Below are positions 1 through 8,879 of a stretch of DNA of 32,000 bases, in pieces. The notes beneath the pieces were generated by a model. It did no database searches. It worked only from the letters and a program-made list of their open reading frames with translations, and was not told the DNA's origin. A program made the position numbers and the translations under genes. This DNA is from Desulfotalea psychrophila LSv54. Its GTDB lineage: Bacteria > Desulfobacterota > Desulfobulbia > Desulfobulbales > Desulfocapsaceae. Location of the stretch: assembly GCF_000025945.1 (NCBI RefSeq), contig NC_006138.1, positions 3,420,001-3,452,000 of the forward strand. Reading direction: 5' to 3'. Position 1 is the first letter of the stretch; each line of letters opens with the position of its first letter.

Positions 1-1
1 A

Positions 2-190
2 AGAGAGAGGGTGAAGGGGACAAAAGAAAAGATAGCAAAAGAGAAAGGGAATCAGACAAGCAAAAGAGGCATTGAAAAGCAGAGACAGAAAAAATCAGAG
101 CAGATACAAAAAGAGTTAGATAAGGGCTCTGAGCAGGGCCAAGAGTCCCGGCAGGAAAGAAAAAAATGGTGGAATTTTCTTGATAACTAA
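2..190 (+). CDS. Partial CDS (3' end only): Lys/Glu/Gln-rich C-terminal tail of an unidentified upstream gene
   Basis: The frame is open from the window edge to TAA at 188-190 (...KEKIAKEKGNQTSKRGIEKQRQKKSEQIQKELDKGSEQGQESRQERKKWWNFLDN*). It is purine-rich low complexity with no family recognised, and could be non-coding. Confidence 0.3.
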   Translation, partial: RERVKGTKEKIAKEKGNQTSKRGIEKQRQKKSEQIQKELDKGSEQGQESRQERKKWWNFLDN

Positions 191-374
191 GACCTGCAGG
201 CGGGGCTGAAAAATAGCCTCCTGGCAAAACGAGCCCTCCCCCGTCTACCGCCATGGCTTCAGCTGGCACAGGTGCATTGCCAGCCCTCTCCTACCAGGCT
301 TGACAGATTCATTCTGCTAGGATAAGTCTAGTTAGATCTGCATTTATAGAAACTTTTTAATGAGGAGATTGGCC

Positions 375-557
375 ATGGCAATATGCACAAACTGCCCCTT
401 TCGGGCACAATATAAGCGGCGTCCAAACTCTTTGCTGGGCAGGCTGTGGCGCTGGCATGCAGGTTGGTGTCCCGGCTGGAACGCATATATGAAATCTCTT
501 CCTCAGGAGGAGAGGGCGGATCTGGCGAAAAGATATCAGCTGAAACGTTTTCTCTAA
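375..557 (+). CDS. Small (60 aa) Cys-rich hypothetical protein (CxxC ... WCPGW)
   Basis: ATG at 375 is preceded by GAGGAG (363-368). Product: MAICTNCPFRAQYKRRPNSLLGRLWRWHAGWCPGWNAYMKSLPQEERADLAKRYQLKRFL. It is in the same frame as track ORF 360..557. A GC hairpin lies 37 nt downstream. Confidence 0.45.
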   Translation: MAICTNCPFRAQYKRRPNSLLGRLWRWHAGWCPGWNAYMKSLPQEERADLAKRYQLKRFL

Positions 558-593
558 GATGACCCCAAAGCAAGACCTCGACAAAGAACAAAC

Positions 594-617
594 AAGCCAC
601 CCCCAAAAGGGTGGCTT
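594..617 (+). terminator. Stable GC hairpin (AAGCCACCC-loop-GGGTGGCTT), possible terminator of the small ORF
   Basis: Perfect 9-bp stem with a 6-nt loop read directly. There is no T-tract on the plus strand, so terminator function is uncertain. Confidence 0.35.
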
Positions 618-834
618 ACCCCTCCTGCAACCGACCAGCGGAATACTCCTTCCCCTAAATAAAAATTACTCAACCTCTCCTTTAATAAGCCCCAAGGAAC
701 TATCTCTGAATTAAGCCATTTTGTTTAATGACAAATCAGGGCCATAGTGCTTCATTAGAGGCGGCAGTAAAAAGAGCAATTTACTCGGAGTCTCGCTAGA
801 AACTATTTTATTAACGACACAGAAAAAGTGAAAA

Positions 835-2487
835 ATGAATTTTTTATCCAAAGATGCCTCGCTACAAGAGTCAATTACAAAAATGAAGGCTGTTTTAGCA
901 GATGCCGGATGTGAAACTACTTTCTCCCAGGAAAAGCATCCCCTGCAGCACTGTTATTCGGTAAACCTCACCTCAACTGAAGCACCAGAGCATATCTATG
1001 CCAATGGTAAGGGAATTCTGTCAGAGGCATCCATGGCCAGTGCCCTGGGTGAATATATTGAACGACTCCAAACCAATAACTTTTTCACTGATTTCCACCT
1101 GCCAAACCGTTCATATTTCCCTGATCAGGTCGCCTTTGAATTTGGTGGGCCTTACCTCAACGACGAACTCCGCCTGATCTATAATCCAACCGGAGAGCTT
1201 GAGGATGAAGACCTTGTTGATTACAACAGTGATCAGGAGGAGAGGATCATTGCCCTGCCCTTTGCCAAAAAATCAAATGGTGAGACTGTCCATTTTCCTC
1301 TGAATGTCCTGGCTAATCTTTATGTCAGCAATGGCCTGGCCTCCGGCAATACCCCTCAGGAAGCACAGGTACAGGCGCTCAGTGAGATTTTTGAGCGCCA
1401 TGCAAAAATAGAGATCATCAAAAATGGCTATGCCCTGCCCAAGATCCCCGACGAGACAGTCCAAGCCCTGCCACGACTGCAGAGTGATGTTCTGGCACTG
1501 CGGAAACTGGGCTACATCATCGAGGTACTTGATGCCTCACTAGGGGGACAGTTCCCCGTCACCGCCATCTCTTTGATCAACCCCAAAAACGCCTCCCTCT
1601 TTGTCTCCTTTGGCGCTCACCCCATCCTGGAGGTGGCGCTGGAGCGAACCATGACAGAGTTGATGCAGGGTCGGGAATTGGATAATCTGGATGCCTTTGA
1701 AGTGCCCACCTTTGACATGAATCTTGTCTCGGACAGTTTTAACCTTGAATCTCACTTTGTTGACTCAAATGGAAAAATAGGCTTTGGCTTTTTACGTTCC
1801 ACCAAGAGTTTTTCCTACACCCCTTGGGACTATAAAGGGGAGGGCTGTGAGGCAGAGCTGAAATATCTCACTGCCATCCTGGATAAGATGGGTAAAGAGA
1901 TCTATCTACGAGAGTACAGCTACCTTGACTTTTACTCCTGCCAGATAATCGTCCCTGAAATATCTGAGGTCTACCCCATAGATGACCTCCTCTACAATAA
2001 CAAAAACAGAGGCAAGTGGATTCGGGATATGGTACTGGATTTTGCCAACTATGATCCTGAGAATATCCTGGAGACCATTGACGAGCTAGATGATTTCATC
2101 AATGTCGAAACGTACATCGGGGTTATCTTTGCCAAGAACTTCACCATGCTTGAATTCAGGGCCCAGATACAGCTCATCCGTGGTAATAGAGAAGATGCCC
2201 TGCCAGCCCTGGAAGCAGGGACGAATAAGCTCGGTCATATCGTCGCAGAGCTGATTCGCATGGAAGAGGACAATTTACCCTGGTCTGAGTATAAAGAGGC
2301 GCTCTTTAATATCTTTGGCAGAGAAAACGTCGAAAAAGCCAGAGACATCTTAGAGGGAAAAGAGTACCTGATAAGCACAAAACTTCATAATAACTATGAC
2401 AGTATGTTAAAAATGTACGACAGATTAGAGCTGAAAAAACAGGCTGCCGCCATGGGTCTCAAAGAAGAGACAGGCAAAAAAATGTAA
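835..2487 (+). CDS. ycaO: YcaO-family protein, E. coli YcaO-type (stand-alone, non-RiPP type)
   Basis: The 550-aa product is collinear with E. coli YcaO as I recall it: NGKGxxxxAxxASALGEYIERLxTNxFF, NLYVSNGLASGNT..EA.VQALSEIFER, SLGGQFPV, FGAHP...ALERT.TEL.QGR, LESHF.DSNG. Confidence 0.9.
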   Translation: MNFLSKDASLQESITKMKAVLADAGCETTFSQEKHPLQHCYSVNLTSTEAPEHIYANGKGILSEASMASALGEYIERLQTNNFFTDFHLPNRSYFPDQVAFEFGGPYLNDELRLIYNPTGELEDEDLVDYNSDQEERIIALPFAKKSNGETVHFPLNVLANLYVSNGLASGNTPQEAQVQALSEIFERHAKIEIIKNGYALPKIPDETVQALPRLQSDVLALRKLGYIIEVLDASLGGQFPVTAISLINPKNASLFVSFGAHPILEVALERTMTELMQGRELDNLDAFEVPTFDMNLVSDSFNLESHFVDSNGKIGFGFLRSTKSFSYTPWDYKGEGCEAELKYLTAILDKMGKEIYLREYSYLDFYSCQIIVPEISEVYPIDDLLYNNKNRGKWIRDMVLDFANYDPENILETIDELDDFINVETYIGVIFAKNFTMLEFRAQIQLIRGNREDALPALEAGTNKLGHIVAELIRMEEDNLPWSEYKEALFNIFGRENVEKARDILEGKEYLISTKLHNNYDSMLKMYDRLELKKQAAAMGLKEETGKKM

Positions 2488-2572
2488 GATGGCTACCTCA
2501 TTGACTAACCGTTTCGAATGGGCTCAACTCAGAAATGAGCACCCAGGAAAATGCTGAACCAAATTGGACAAT

Positions 2573-3271
2573 ATGATTAAAGAGCAACGACCGAGTAAAA
2601 AGCATCAGCCAAGAGGACTGCCAATCCTCCACGAAGATAAAGATATCATCGTAGTGGTGAAACCAACGGGACTACTGACCATCGGCACCGATCGGGAAAA
2701 ATCGAGAACGGCCCACTATCTGCTCAATGATTATGTGCGCAAGGGTAATCCTAAATCAAGCAACAGGGTGTATGTAGTCCACCGTCTGGATCAAGACACC
2801 TCTGGGCTACTTATCTTTGCCAAAAGTGAAGAGGCTAAAAAATTCCTGCAGAAGGATTGGGAGAATACCGAAAAACACTACCTCGCCATCGTTTGCGGAA
2901 AGTTAAAAGAAAAAGAGGGCACAATTTCATCTTATCTAACCGAAAACAAGGCATATAAGGTCTACTCAACCCCGGATTCCACCAAGGGTAAGCTCTCCAA
3001 GACAGCCTATAAGGTAATAAAAGAGGGAAAGGAAGTTAGCCTGATCGATATTCATCTGCTCACCGGACGCAAACATCAGATCCGCGTCCACTTCGCGGAA
3101 AATGGACATCCCGTTGCCGGGGATAAGAAATACGGGACCGGGACCAGTGGTTTAAAACGGCTTGCCCTGCATGCCCGTTCAATCTCCTTCACCCATCCCT
3201 ACAGCCACAAAATAATGACCTTTGACACAGGATTACCGGAGGATTTCACCCGACTCCTGCGTAAGCTTTAA
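2573..3271 (+). CDS. RluA-family pseudouridine synthase
   Basis: Contains the catalytic motif HRLDQDTSGLLIFAKS and KHQIRVH. It is ~232 aa with no S4 domain. The track ORF starts at TTG 2564; ATG 2573 (MIKEQR) is the more likely start. Confidence 0.88.
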   Translation: MIKEQRPSKKHQPRGLPILHEDKDIIVVVKPTGLLTIGTDREKSRTAHYLLNDYVRKGNPKSSNRVYVVHRLDQDTSGLLIFAKSEEAKKFLQKDWENTEKHYLAIVCGKLKEKEGTISSYLTENKAYKVYSTPDSTKGKLSKTAYKVIKEGKEVSLIDIHLLTGRKHQIRVHFAENGHPVAGDKKYGTGTSGLKRLALHARSISFTHPYSHKIMTFDTGLPEDFTRLLRKL

Positions 3272-3272
3272 A

Positions 3273-3313
3273 AGAGAGAGGCGCCCCTGAATAAGGGGCC
3301 CTCCCTCTCTTTG
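3273..3313 (+). terminator. Imperfect long hairpin after the pseudouridine synthase gene
   Basis: AGAGAGAGGCGCCCC-tgaataa-GGGGCCCTCCCTCTCT followed by TTT. The inner 5-bp GC stem is perfect and the outer stem is imperfect. Confidence 0.45.
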
Positions 3314-3319
3314 CACCGC

Positions 3320-3345
3320 GGCCATCCAATTCCAATTGGATGGCC
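3320..3345. repeat. Perfect 12-bp-arm palindrome GGCCATCCAATT-cc-AATTGGATGGCC
   Basis: Read directly from the sequence. It lies in the 475-nt intergenic region upstream of the radical SAM gene. Confidence 0.9.
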
Positions 3346-3748
3346 TTCCCTCATCCCAACCCTGCCAATAAATTTCAAAAGCCAAAGCTATAATCTATTG
3401 CCCCTCTCCCAAACAATTAATAGCTGTCCTTTTTTCATTGCACCAGACAGACGACACCATTACATTGTTATTAACAAAAAGAGATGAGATAATTCACCTG
3501 TCAGCATAGATGACAGCGGGCTCGCCCTCAGCCTATCGGAAAAACATGGGAATCACCAGTTTTTCTTTGTCTTCTATATCGCAATAGGTGGAAATTAGAT
3601 CTGCTTATCCTAAACACCTGCCGGGCTAAAATGCCAGAAGCAGAAAAGAAACGCTCTGTTATTCAGGCAAGGTATGGGAAGAAACGATCTTATCTCTCTA
3701 CTTTTAAGACAATATGTAATGCTAAAGTTTAAACAGAGGTTACAAGGT

Positions 3749-4696
3749 ATGGATGCAACAAGAGTATTTGGCCCGGTGCCATCAAGACGACTAGGCAAGA
3801 GTGTCGGTGTAAACAATATCCCACCCAAAATATGCAGTTATTCCTGTGTATACTGCCAATTGGGTATATCGCTAAAAATGGTAGGTGACAGACAGAATTA
3901 TTATGATCCAAATGATCTGCTGCTAGAGGTAAAGGAGAAGGTCGCAAACGCCAAGGCCAATAATGAAGCTATTGATTATCTGACAATTGTAGCCGATGGT
4001 GAACCTACCCTGGATAATAATCTGGGATTATTAATTGATCTGCTCAAACCACTGGGATATAAGATTGCAGTAATTAGCAACTCAACACTGCTCGATAATG
4101 TTCAGGTCAGGAAAGATCTGGCTAAGGCTGACTGGGTTTCTGTTAAGGTTGATACTCTCGATGAAAAAATTTGGCGAAAAATAGACAGACCTCACAAGAA
4201 AATATCATTTTCGGCAATGCTGGATGGTATCAGAGCCTTTGCCCAAGAGTACAAGGGAAAGCTTGTCACTGAGACAATGCTGGTAAAAGATCTCAACTGC
4301 GATACAGAAGAGGTTGCTCAATTTATCTGTGAGCTTAAGCCGGCAATATCCTATTTGAGTATCCCTACCAGACCACCGGCAATGACATGGGTAAAGGCCC
4401 CCGATGAGCAGGAGATCAACAGGGCTTACCAGACCTTCAAAAACCACGGTCTGAACAGCGAATACCTTATTGGCTACGAGGGAGACGAATTTGCCTACAC
4501 CGGTAATGTAGAGGATGACCTCCTGAGCATCACCTCTGTCCATCCTATGCGTGAAGAGGCAATTGAAAAATATCTACTCAAGGCGGGTAGCGACTTTTCT
4601 GTCATTGAAAAAATGTTAGCTGAAGAGAAGATTATTGTCTCAGAGTATAACGACGAACGTTTTTACCTCAGAAAACTCACCCTGGAAAACAAATAA
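3749..4696 (+). CDS. Radical SAM protein (COG0731-like Fe-S oxidoreductase), function unknown
   Basis: Has the CxxxCxxC motif CSYSCVYC, preceded by FGPVPSRRLGKSVGVN, which is typical of this family's N-terminus. I prefer the ATG at 3749 (MDATRVFGP...) over the track start 3674. Confidence 0.85.
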   Translation: MDATRVFGPVPSRRLGKSVGVNNIPPKICSYSCVYCQLGISLKMVGDRQNYYDPNDLLLEVKEKVANAKANNEAIDYLTIVADGEPTLDNNLGLLIDLLKPLGYKIAVISNSTLLDNVQVRKDLAKADWVSVKVDTLDEKIWRKIDRPHKKISFSAMLDGIRAFAQEYKGKLVTETMLVKDLNCDTEEVAQFICELKPAISYLSIPTRPPAMTWVKAPDEQEINRAYQTFKNHGLNSEYLIGYEGDEFAYTGNVEDDLLSITSVHPMREEAIEKYLLKAGSDFSVIEKMLAEEKIIVSEYNDERFYLRKLTLENK

Positions 4697-4879
4697 CAGG
4701 GTTGCCCTTCTATTTTGTAGAGATAAATAGAGGGGCAAGTCAATCAGACAGGATATCTACGCCCAGCCCAAAAGTTCTCCATAATCAAGCCATGCCTATT
4801 GGCAGAATGGGGCTGGTCTAAGAATATCCTGCCGGACCATCTCTTGCGCCTACTGCTAAGGGATGGCGATTATCAGAAC

Positions 4880-4914
4880 AAAAAAAGGCTCCAGAATGCA
4901 AGCATCCTGGAGCC
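4880..4914 (-). terminator. Rho-independent terminator of the GRE/activase unit
   Basis: On the minus strand, GGCTCCAGG-loop-CTGGAGCC is followed by T7 (A-run 4880-4886 on plus). It lies 65 nt after the activase stop. Confidence 0.7.
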
Positions 4915-4978
4915 TTTATAAATACATTACCTGTTATTTAAGAAGCCGAAGATCCCTTACAGCAATCTTCCCAGCAGG

Positions 4979-5917
4979 CTATTTAAAATTTCTTTCCTTG
5001 TAAGCATCGGCAATCAGCTTCAGCTTATCAAAAAGAGCAGGCTCAAGCGTCGCATCTACCAACTCGTAATCACGACCAATATAACCATACTTTGGCTGGC
5101 CCATACGATGATACTCAAGTACCTCGTACTCTACAGGATCTCCGGGAAGGCTTTCCAAAAATTCAACAATTGCCTTAATATCTTCTTCAGTATCATTAAA
5201 GCCTGGAATAATTGGAGTTCGAGCACGAATAGGAACGCTTGGCGCCATTTCACGAATTTTTCGTAAATTTTCCAACGGGAGCTTATTGGACACACCAGTA
5301 AACTCTTTATGCTTCTCTTCGTTAAGACTCTTTACATCAAACATAATGGTATTGAGATAGGGAACACAGGCCTCAATATTTTCCCATTTAGCAGCGCCAC
5401 AGGTCTCAACGGCAGTCTTTATACGTCTGTGACGAGCTTCTCGCAACAGGGCAAGGGCAAACTCTGCTTGAGCAAAAGGTTCTCCTCCAGAGAGTGTCAT
5501 GCCACCGCCTGAACGAGCATAGAAGATAGCGTCTTCTTCAACACGATCAACTACTTTCTTAACAGTCATCTCTTCACCGTACATGTTCAGGGCACCAGAA
5601 GGACAGGCATCGGCGTAAGCTTGCTCATTGCTAACAAATTCACGACGCAATACAACCTTACCGTCTGCTCCCTCGGCAATTGCACCGTCGGTACATACCT
5701 CAGTACAACGAACACATTTATCAAGTCCTAAACATTTACTGGGGTTATAGGCCAACTCTGGCTTATGTTTTTGCGATTCAGGATTACAGCACCACTTACA
5801 ATGCAATGGACATCCCTTTAAAAATGCAACAGTGCGGATGCCCGGGCCATCGTGAACGGAATATTTTTGAACGTTAAAAACAACGCCCTTTATTTTATTA
5901 TCTAAAAGTGAACTCAT
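4979..5917 (-). CDS. islB: Glycyl radical enzyme activating enzyme (radical SAM, with ferredoxin-like insert)
   Basis: N-terminus is MSSLLDNKIKGVVFNVQKYSVHDGPGIRTVAFLKGCPLHCKWCCNPES (GRE-activase signature plus CxxxCxxC). Extra Cys clusters are CLGLDKCVRCTEVC and CPSGAL. It sits immediately downstream of the GRE. The start is set at ATG 5917 (the track ORF extends to 6001). The symbol depends on the GRE assignment. Confidence 0.9.
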   Translation of the reverse strand: MSSLLDNKIKGVVFNVQKYSVHDGPGIRTVAFLKGCPLHCKWCCNPESQKHKPELAYNPSKCLGLDKCVRCTEVCTDGAIAEGADGKVVLRREFVSNEQAYADACPSGALNMYGEEMTVKKVVDRVEEDAIFYARSGGGMTLSGGEPFAQAEFALALLREARHRRIKTAVETCGAAKWENIEACVPYLNTIMFDVKSLNEEKHKEFTGVSNKLPLENLRKIREMAPSVPIRARTPIIPGFNDTEEDIKAIVEFLESLPGDPVEYEVLEYHRMGQPKYGYIGRDYELVDATLEPALFDKLKLIADAYKERNFK

Positions 5918-6027
5918 GATGCTTACCCGGCCCCTTATATAAATTAATATACTACAAGCAAATATGGAGATGATCCGGGGACCATCTCCATACCATAGCA
6001 CATGCTACAAACTACTTGCTACGAAAC

Positions 6028-8514
6028 CTACATATTTTCGTGAGCGGTACGTCTGATCAGATCGTTCTGAAGATCTTTAGAGAGATCACAGAAGTAAGCA
6101 GAATATCCTGCAATACGAACGATCAGGGTACGATATGCTTCTGGATTCTCTTGAGCAAGTCTCAAGGTCTCAGCGTTAACAACGTTGAACTGAATGTGCC
6201 ACAAACGAAGATCACAGAAGGTACGAATGAAATGTACCAACTTCTGAGTTCCTTCCTCACCTTGAACACACTTAGGTGTGAACTTGATGTTCACAAGACG
6301 AGCTGCACGCTCACGGTGGTTGAAGTTTTTAGAGGTGTAGTTAGAGAGAAGAACCGCAGTAGGTCCGTTCTTATCAGCACCGTGAGAAGCAGAAGAACCA
6401 TCGGAAAGAGAGGTTCCTGCATAACGTCCGTTAGGAGTTGCACATACCACTTTACCAAAAGGTACGTGGGAGGTGAATGGTACATAACGAAGATCAAGGA
6501 ATACGCCAAGCTCACGCTGATACTTCTCAGCATAACCTACACAGAGCTGATCAAGATCACGAGCAATTGAATCTGCATATGGATCGTTATTACCGAAACA
6601 TGGAGCAGTCATCATAAGGGCACGGAGATCTTCCTGGCCTTCGAAGTTGTTCTTCATAGCTTCAAGAACTTCAGTCATGGTGACTTTCTTCTCTTCGAAT
6701 ACGAACTTCTTGATTGCGCTCATTGAGTCAACAAGAGTACCAACACCCATGAACTCAAAGTAACCAAGGTCAATTCCCTCAGGAATATATGGTTGGTGAA
6801 TATCAATGCAATGCTTCATGGCAAGATCATGAAGCGCAGAACCCATAGGTGCAGCAAAATGACGAGCACGGGTCTTGATTACATAGTACTGCTGTTCGAA
6901 AGCAATCTTAAGGAAGTTGATGTGCTGAGCTTTGTAAGCATTCCAGAACTCTTCCCAGGTCTCCATCTTGGTTACATCACCAGTCTCGATGGAAAGTTGA
7001 GCATCACCGAACTTAAGCATTTTACCGTTGAAGAATACAGACTCAAGGGCAGCTACAAAGTTGATGTAACAACCACCAGCTGTGTAGGTATCACGGTTTG
7101 GCATACGAATCTCAGCACAACCAGATACTGAATAGTCGTAAATCTCTTCGAACTTAGCACCTTTTGCAAGGTGAAGTGGAATTACTTCCTCATCATTGAT
7201 CAGTTTAGGGAAACCAGAACCTTCTTTAATGGTCTCTGCAACTTCTGCAAGGAAACGCTCAGGAGCACGAGCGTGAATACGAGCAGCAAGATCAGGGTAG
7301 TGATGAGGGAACTCACGCTTAGAACGAAGGAAGAGATAAGTCAACTCGTTGGTTGCATCAAGACCATCTGGGGTCTGACCACCGATGGTTACTGCTTCCC
7401 AATGAGCATAGCCTTCGTTGAAAGCACCACCGGTAGGGGAGATATAGAGATCGATATACTGAGCCATACCTACATACATAAGCTCAACGTACTCAATAGC
7501 CTGGTCATCGGTGAGAATACCAGCTTCAATATCTTGCTTGTAGAATGGATAGAGGTACTGATCCATACGACCGTTGGAGATAATGGTACCAGTTTTCTGC
7601 TCAAGACGAGAGAACATCTGAGTGAACCACTGAGATTGACATGCTTCGTAGAAGGTACGAGCTGGATGCTCAGGTACGTGGTTACATACCTCAGCCATCT
7701 TGAGAAGTTCTGCCTTACGAACAGGATCAGCACATTTCTCTGCAAGTTCCATGGCAAGTGCAGCGTGACGCTTAGCCCAAACAATAACAGCTTCACATAC
7801 GAGAATAGCTGCCTGAAGGAAAGGCTTCTTGTCTACGTTGTCACCAGGAGAGAGAGGGTCAAGAGCTTCAAGCTGAACTGTAAACTCGTCACGAAGTCCA
7901 CCGAAACCACGCTTCAATACTTTATCGAAGTCATGTACCCACTGATTAGAAGAACGAAAAGAAGCGGTCTCGTTTACGATGAAACGTGAAACCATTCCAT
8001 CTGGATCATCATAGGTAAGTGCGTGTACGTCTGCTGGAAGGGTTTTAGCAAGAGTCTCGTGATAAGTCTTACCTTTCCAGTAAGGAGCAATCTCTTTAAC
8101 AACGATATCTGCATCTGCTTGAGAGATGGAGAAAGGAGAGTTGTCACGGGTAGGAAGATCAACTACCGCAGTATCAAGAAAGTCACCATCAAGCTCTGGG
8201 TAGAGAACACCATAACGTCCCTGGTATCCGATACGACCGGCAAGAAGCTGATCGTCATCGATGTATACAGTCATGTTCTCTGCACACTTCATAAGAGATT
8301 TTGCCCAACGAAGGTTAAGATGCTGACCTTCTGTCTCTTGCATACCTTGGGTGAAATAAAGAGCACGCTCTATATCAATTTGTGGCTTAGCAGTTTCAAT
8401 TTTATCAAGGATTTTGAAAACACGCTCGTGGGTTGCACGGAACTTGTTTACTTTTCCTGCGGCCTTGTCCATGATCATTTGCTCATGTGGAGAGCGACAA
8501 CATTCTACAGACAT
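6028..8514 (-). CDS. islA: Glycyl radical enzyme, sulfonate-cleaving type; best guess is isethionate sulfite-lyase (IslA/IseG-like), with HpsG/HpfG-type DHPS enzymes as alternatives
   Basis: 828 aa. The Gly-radical motif is [10 protein letters not shown] (G803) and the Cys loop is SVSGCAE (C466, E468). R187 and Q191 (FRSSNQW) and R676 (LDLRYVPF) each sit 2 residues below the IslA residues I recall (R189, Q193, C468, E470, R678, G805). There is a strong RBS (AAGGAG) 7 nt before ATG 8514. GRE family confidence is ~0.97; the isethionate-specific call is ~0.55. Confidence 0.85.
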   Translation of the reverse strand: MSVECCRSPHEQMIMDKAAGKVNKFRATHERVFKILDKIETAKPQIDIERALYFTQGMQETEGQHLNLRWAKSLMKCAENMTVYIDDDQLLAGRIGYQGRYGVLYPELDGDFLDTAVVDLPTRDNSPFSISQADADIVVKEIAPYWKGKTYHETLAKTLPADVHALTYDDPDGMVSRFIVNETASFRSSNQWVHDFDKVLKRGFGGLRDEFTVQLEALDPLSPGDNVDKKPFLQAAILVCEAVIVWAKRHAALAMELAEKCADPVRKAELLKMAEVCNHVPEHPARTFYEACQSQWFTQMFSRLEQKTGTIISNGRMDQYLYPFYKQDIEAGILTDDQAIEYVELMYVGMAQYIDLYISPTGGAFNEGYAHWEAVTIGGQTPDGLDATNELTYLFLRSKREFPHHYPDLAARIHARAPERFLAEVAETIKEGSGFPKLINDEEVIPLHLAKGAKFEEIYDYSVSGCAEIRMPNRDTYTAGGCYINFVAALESVFFNGKMLKFGDAQLSIETGDVTKMETWEEFWNAYKAQHINFLKIAFEQQYYVIKTRARHFAAPMGSALHDLAMKHCIDIHQPYIPEGIDLGYFEFMGVGTLVDSMSAIKKFVFEEKKVTMTEVLEAMKNNFEGQEDLRALMMTAPCFGNNDPYADSIARDLDQLCVGYAEKYQRELGVFLDLRYVPFTSHVPFGKVVCATPNGRYAGTSLSDGSSASHGADKNGPTAVLLSNYTSKNFNHRERAARLVNIKFTPKCVQGEEGTQKLVHFIRTFCDLRLWHIQFNVVNAETLRLAQENPEAYRTLIVRIAGYSAYFCDLSKDLQNDLIRRTAHENM

Positions 8515-8584
8515 AATCCAACTCCTTATCTATTTTAATTGGGGTGCTGCACTTTTAGCGATCTAACGCCTTTTCCTTTTATAT

Positions 8585-8600
8585 AGCAACAGGCGTGCCA
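8585..8600 (-). promoter_or_regulatory. Canonical sigma-54 (-24/-12) promoter for the GRE/activase unit
   Basis: The minus strand reads TGGCACGCCTGTTGCT (TGGCAC-N5-TTGC, GG-N10-GC). The -12 element lies ~70 nt upstream of the GRE ATG. Confidence 0.75.
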
Positions 8601-8776
8601 TTTACAAAAAAAAATTCAAGATGCTGAAATAGCGTATAAACACAAAATGAAGAGAGATTTCTCTTCTTATTGATAATGGTTATTATTGCCATGTACTCTT
8701 TGCACGATTGCAACGCCAAGACAAAATATGTCGATAAAATATGCTGATACAGATAGTTAGCCAAAAAAAAGCCAAT

Positions 8777-8819
8777 GTTGCTTTTTTGCAACATGGCACT
8801 TTTGTTGCACAGCTGCACA
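8777..8819 (+). promoter_or_regulatory. Two copies of the repeated motif GTTGC-N6-GCA(C/A); candidate activator (UAS) sites
   Basis: GTTGCTTTTTTGCAAC (8777-8792, a perfect palindrome) and GTTGCACAGCTGCACA (8804-8819). They lie ~180-230 nt upstream of the GRE sigma-54 promoter. The same motif recurs at 15857, 15972, 22786, 22891 and 22970. Confidence 0.5.
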
Positions 8820-8841
8820 GGCCAAGAGAGAAGGGATAATG

Positions 8842-8879
8842 AAAAAAAAGAGGGCCACGGAAAAAAAACCCCGTGGCCC
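8842..8879 (-). terminator. Rho-independent terminator of BMC operon A
   Basis: On the minus strand, GGGCCACGG-loop-CCGTGGCCC is followed by TC-T8. It lies 45 nt after the AldDH-A stop and is homologous to the hairpin after eutJ at 15986-16017. Confidence 0.75.

Noticed and set aside
360-4696. YcaO plus a nearby small Cys-rich ORF plus a radical SAM protein, considered as a possible RiPP (thiazole/oxazole or thioamide) cluster.
   Set aside because: The YcaO is collinear with the stand-alone E. coli-type YcaO rather than cyclodehydratase or TfuA-associated types. The genes are separated by hairpins and long spacers and by an unrelated pseudouridine synthase. There is no C/D-protein, TfuA, protease or exporter. 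The small ORF has no leader/core-like architecture.
6028-8514. The GRE considered as choline trimethylamine-lyase, pyruvate formate-lyase or a diol dehydratase, which are the commonest BMC-associated or general GREs.
   Set aside because: The Cys loop is GCxE, not the PFL CC pair. The position where CutC uses an Asp for the quaternary amine carries an Arg...Gln pair, and a second Arg (R676) lines up with the sulfonate pocket as I recall it. Subfamily assignment still needs a proper alignment.
6016-8538. Plus-strand ORFs inside the GRE gene (6016-6570, 6793-7131, 7171-7989, 8023-8538), and the analogous antisense ORFs inside the etf/EMO and TRAP genes (25648-26232, 26223-26732, 28117-28980, 29439-29933).
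   Set aside because: They overlap well-supported genes on the opposite strand, lack RBSs, and have no recognisable domains.
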